A stretch of DNA of 25,111 nt from a virus. Lineage: Duplodnaviria; Caudoviricetes. The position numbers and the translations under genes are program-made. Below, one piece after another: positions 23,901 to 25,111 of the stretch. The stretch spans positions 1 to 25,111 of the IMG/VR virus record IMGVR_UViG_3300033498_000015, one strand, 5' to 3'. The notes beneath the pieces were generated by a model, which was given only the letters and a program-made list of their open reading frames with translations, did not search any database and was not told the DNA's origin. Every line of letters starts with the position of its first letter. Position 1 is the stretch's first letter.

Positions 23901-25111
23901 TTAATGACAAGAGAAGCATTGCTTGATAACAAGAGTGCTGGAAAAGCGATTACGGGTAAGAAGTTGTCAACAAAAGAACAGAAAAACAAGAAGATTCAGA
24001 ATGATCAGCAAAAGAAGGATTACGAAAAGTATTCTAAATATAAGACAGAAAAAGAAGCTTTAAATTTAATTGATAACAATAGATTTAATAACATTACATA
24101 CGCTGTTGAAAACTTAACATTAGAGGATAGATTTAAAAAATTACTATCAAACAAAGAGTTTGCAATGTACTATTTTGCAAATCAAAAGAGTAGAGATCAT
24201 AGAGATTTAAATTACTTCAGCAAGGCATTGAGGGGAGACAGAGAGTTAGTAGAACTTGTAGTAACAGGAAGAATGAATTCTGGAGATCAGATACAGTTCG
24301 CAAGCAAAGAATTGTTAAACGATAAAGACTTAATGATTGAGGCTATTAGAAATTCTGGTTTTAAAAGTGAAACAATTAAGTTTGCAAGTAAAGAGTTGCA
24401 AAATGATAAAGATGTAGTATCTGAGTCAGTTAGACATTTTGGACTTACTCTTTCATACGCTAGTGACGAATTACGTTTAGATAAAGAAGTTGTTTTAGAT
24501 GCTTTATACGAGAATGAATATGCACTTGAATATGTAAAAAAACCACTGAAAACAGTAATAGAAAATGTAATGGCTATTTCTGGTCAGAATTCGGCAGATG
24601 CATTAAGAGAAATAGTTGATCAAGAGAAAAAAGCTGCGTCAGACAAAGCATCTCTAGAGAAAACTCTAGGAGTTACTAGTGAGCCTGTAAAACCAGCGAA
24701 GACGAATATGAGATTGTCTACGTCTAATGGTGAACCTGATTTCAGTAATACTAATTGGAATGACAAGAAACAAGTTTTAGAAGCAATTCAATACAATCCA
24801 TTATACTTAAGACATGCAAGTGAAGAATTAAAGGCAAATAAAGAAGTTGTACTTGCTGCGTTAAACAGAGCTATTGAAAATAATAATCCAAACCATTGGA
24901 TTGCTACATATGCACATGACAAATTTAAGAACGACAAAGAAGTAGCCATTGCTGCAATTAAAAACAACGTAGGATTCTTCGCAAAAGTTAGCGACAGATT
25001 AAAAGCTGATGAAGATGTAGTAATTGAAGCAATAAAAATTAATGGAAATGCTTTAGAAGCTGCAAGCATTGATATTAGATATGATAGAAAAATGGCTACT
25101 ATAGCAGTAAA
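20943..25111 (+). CDS. Large polyvalent internal virion protein (>1389 aa, 3'-truncated): Ala/Gly-rich N-terminus, zincin-like metallopeptidase domain, DUF4116-like repeats
   Basis: Manually translated with no stop from ATG 20943 (AGGA RBS) to the window end. MADKQIDWSEF...; hydrophobic AVLASAAASAVAPVAAVGAGA; GGVY...FVIFSDRI...VAHESVH (23577-23591)...EEILAY (EE at 23736-23741); repeats such as FASKELQNDKDVV, YASDELRLDKEVVLDAL, HASEELKANKEVVLAAL. Confidence 0.88.
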   Translation, partial: MADKQIDWSEFTDNPTNTATPKSTKWDQYTDAPVEPKKNGVIENLAQGLANTGNTFQGATQNAFGGLARALKFDDAANALENVGNANLQEVSNDKVELRAKQAERQRLAELSGSQWEKTKANVVNALSEPVDTAASLAGYMVPAVLASAAASAVAPVAAVGAGATALTRAADLAAKASYAKRAGASIGALQGIGDVKQQSEQAVRERALKEGLGDDEANRLAKEASDYTWKNAGQTALAGAAGAIAGSSGLEKLAGAGLGKLFNKELAQESAKFGVKDVGKLIGTEMTTEGFQGGQAKYASNVAQQDAGFKQDAWQDVPSQAASEGIIGGIFAGGAGTVNLARGNSTPTSIDPAKDGQTNLNLVNKQIEQENLQIQEQQKQQDPLPVVDPLQVTETQQQVDQQQVDPLTGLKLSDEMLNRMDQQIGPSSNITRSPLDGLNIADQINNDGLSSPVNGYQSSGITSPLTENNGSTYYTGKTIANSDGTFTQETTTDPIKARKDLQAEQERYAKIDQIRAANNKPGVQEQFNAIASKPLNAKTASEVSYKLGALTGFKHGIDQIGVDKSGNALFKVYKTEIPLTVSPTENTPTIAPVRKPKPVTTELGNGATATSTQTGNVTLSDGNGNTKEITTGENKVFSNAIVTATNNAAKPVHDTVNPQSEYDITSAPTSYVDNGNNTIQEKINNTKDEVAYIQQWINNPGNANDTAGQQQAALDLSMRMDQIQTQEQLLAADSNYGNSGNIRSDSTVGKFSNQTMRTGGGVGFGSTRRMSTDNKQQSTNALPTNVMNDNAKRRVASVLDSLQSGLSERFLNNPDIIITSKAEHNASVGPEDQVDTSTTGGAKGGVYTDDNGKSKFVIFSDRIDSSSTFNEILGLVAHESVHYKGLGIGTESPAFKRILDNVERLSKVKDSKMQQAVELVPTDTDRSVYVEEILAYFMEANPDAILSKSAVTEFVLGAKKLMRSLGFNNSVIGKWANSLSEKELALMTREALLDNKSAGKAITGKKLSTKEQKNKKIQNDQQKKDYEKYSKYKTEKEALNLIDNNRFNNITYAVENLTLEDRFKKLLSNKEFAMYYFANQKSRDHRDLNYFSKALRGDRELVELVVTGRMNSGDQIQFASKELLNDKDLMIEAIRNSGFKSETIKFASKELQNDKDVVSESVRHFGLTLSYASDELRLDKEVVLDALYENEYALEYVKKPLKTVIENVMAISGQNSADALREIVDQEKKAASDKASLEKTLGVTSEPVKPAKTNMRLSTSNGEPDFSNTNWNDKKQVLEAIQYNPLYLRHASEELKANKEVVLAALNRAIENNNPNHWIATYAHDKFKNDKEVAIAAIKNNVGFFAKVSDRLKADEDVVIEAIKINGNALEAASIDIRYDRKMATIAV

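Larger units (their letters stand above)
1..25111 (+). mobile_element. Tailed dsDNA phage (Caudoviricetes, podovirus-like) packaging/structural module; free phage vs prophage undetermined
   Basis: Co-directional terS-terL-portal-scaffold-capsid-adaptor-tail-ejection gene order; no host housekeeping genes, integrase or att site in the window; no recognisable sheath or tail-tube gene. Confidence 0.95.

Noticed and set aside
798-25069. Short minus-strand and alternate-frame ORFs in the track (e.g. 1616-1822, 3057-3263, 16240-16584, 21823-22032, 23591-23989, 24788-25069)
   Set aside because: All lie within or largely overlap long, motif-supported + strand genes; shadow ORFs with no recognisable motifs.
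20932-25111. Apparent gene-poor region suggesting stop-codon recoding or a pseudogene
   Set aside because: Manual translation shows one uninterrupted standard-code frame from 20943 to the window end.

Overview
The whole window is the packaging and virion-morphogenesis arm of an AT-rich tailed dsDNA phage (or prophage), with every credible gene on the + strand. Gene order: GC-rich hierarchical repeat block; small terminase; an inserted cassette (papain-like C1A cysteine protease plus a 39-aa membrane peptide); P22-like large terminase; portal; a 42-aa basic ORF; scaffold; N4-gp56-type major capsid; adaptor and nozzle; two paralogous 152-aa virion proteins; candidate receptor-binding proteins; a coiled-coil protein and a low-complexity ejection-type protein; and a >1389-aa polyvalent protein. 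That last gene starts at 20943, runs off the window and is absent from the ORF track; it carries an HExxH zincin domain and DUF4116-like repeats. The most unusual signals are (i) a tandem array of 3-4 sequence-divergent but topologically similar H-type pseudoknots in the capsid leader, one containing a perfect anti-Shine-Dalgarno; (ii) the protease cassette splitting the terminase genes, together with recurring [RK]-[ML]-S-T motifs at domain boundaries of the giant protein; and (iii) the 5/19/38-bp GATC-rich repeat upstream of terS. Family calls come from motif recognition by eye; no database searches or folding calculations were run, and the host cannot be determined.
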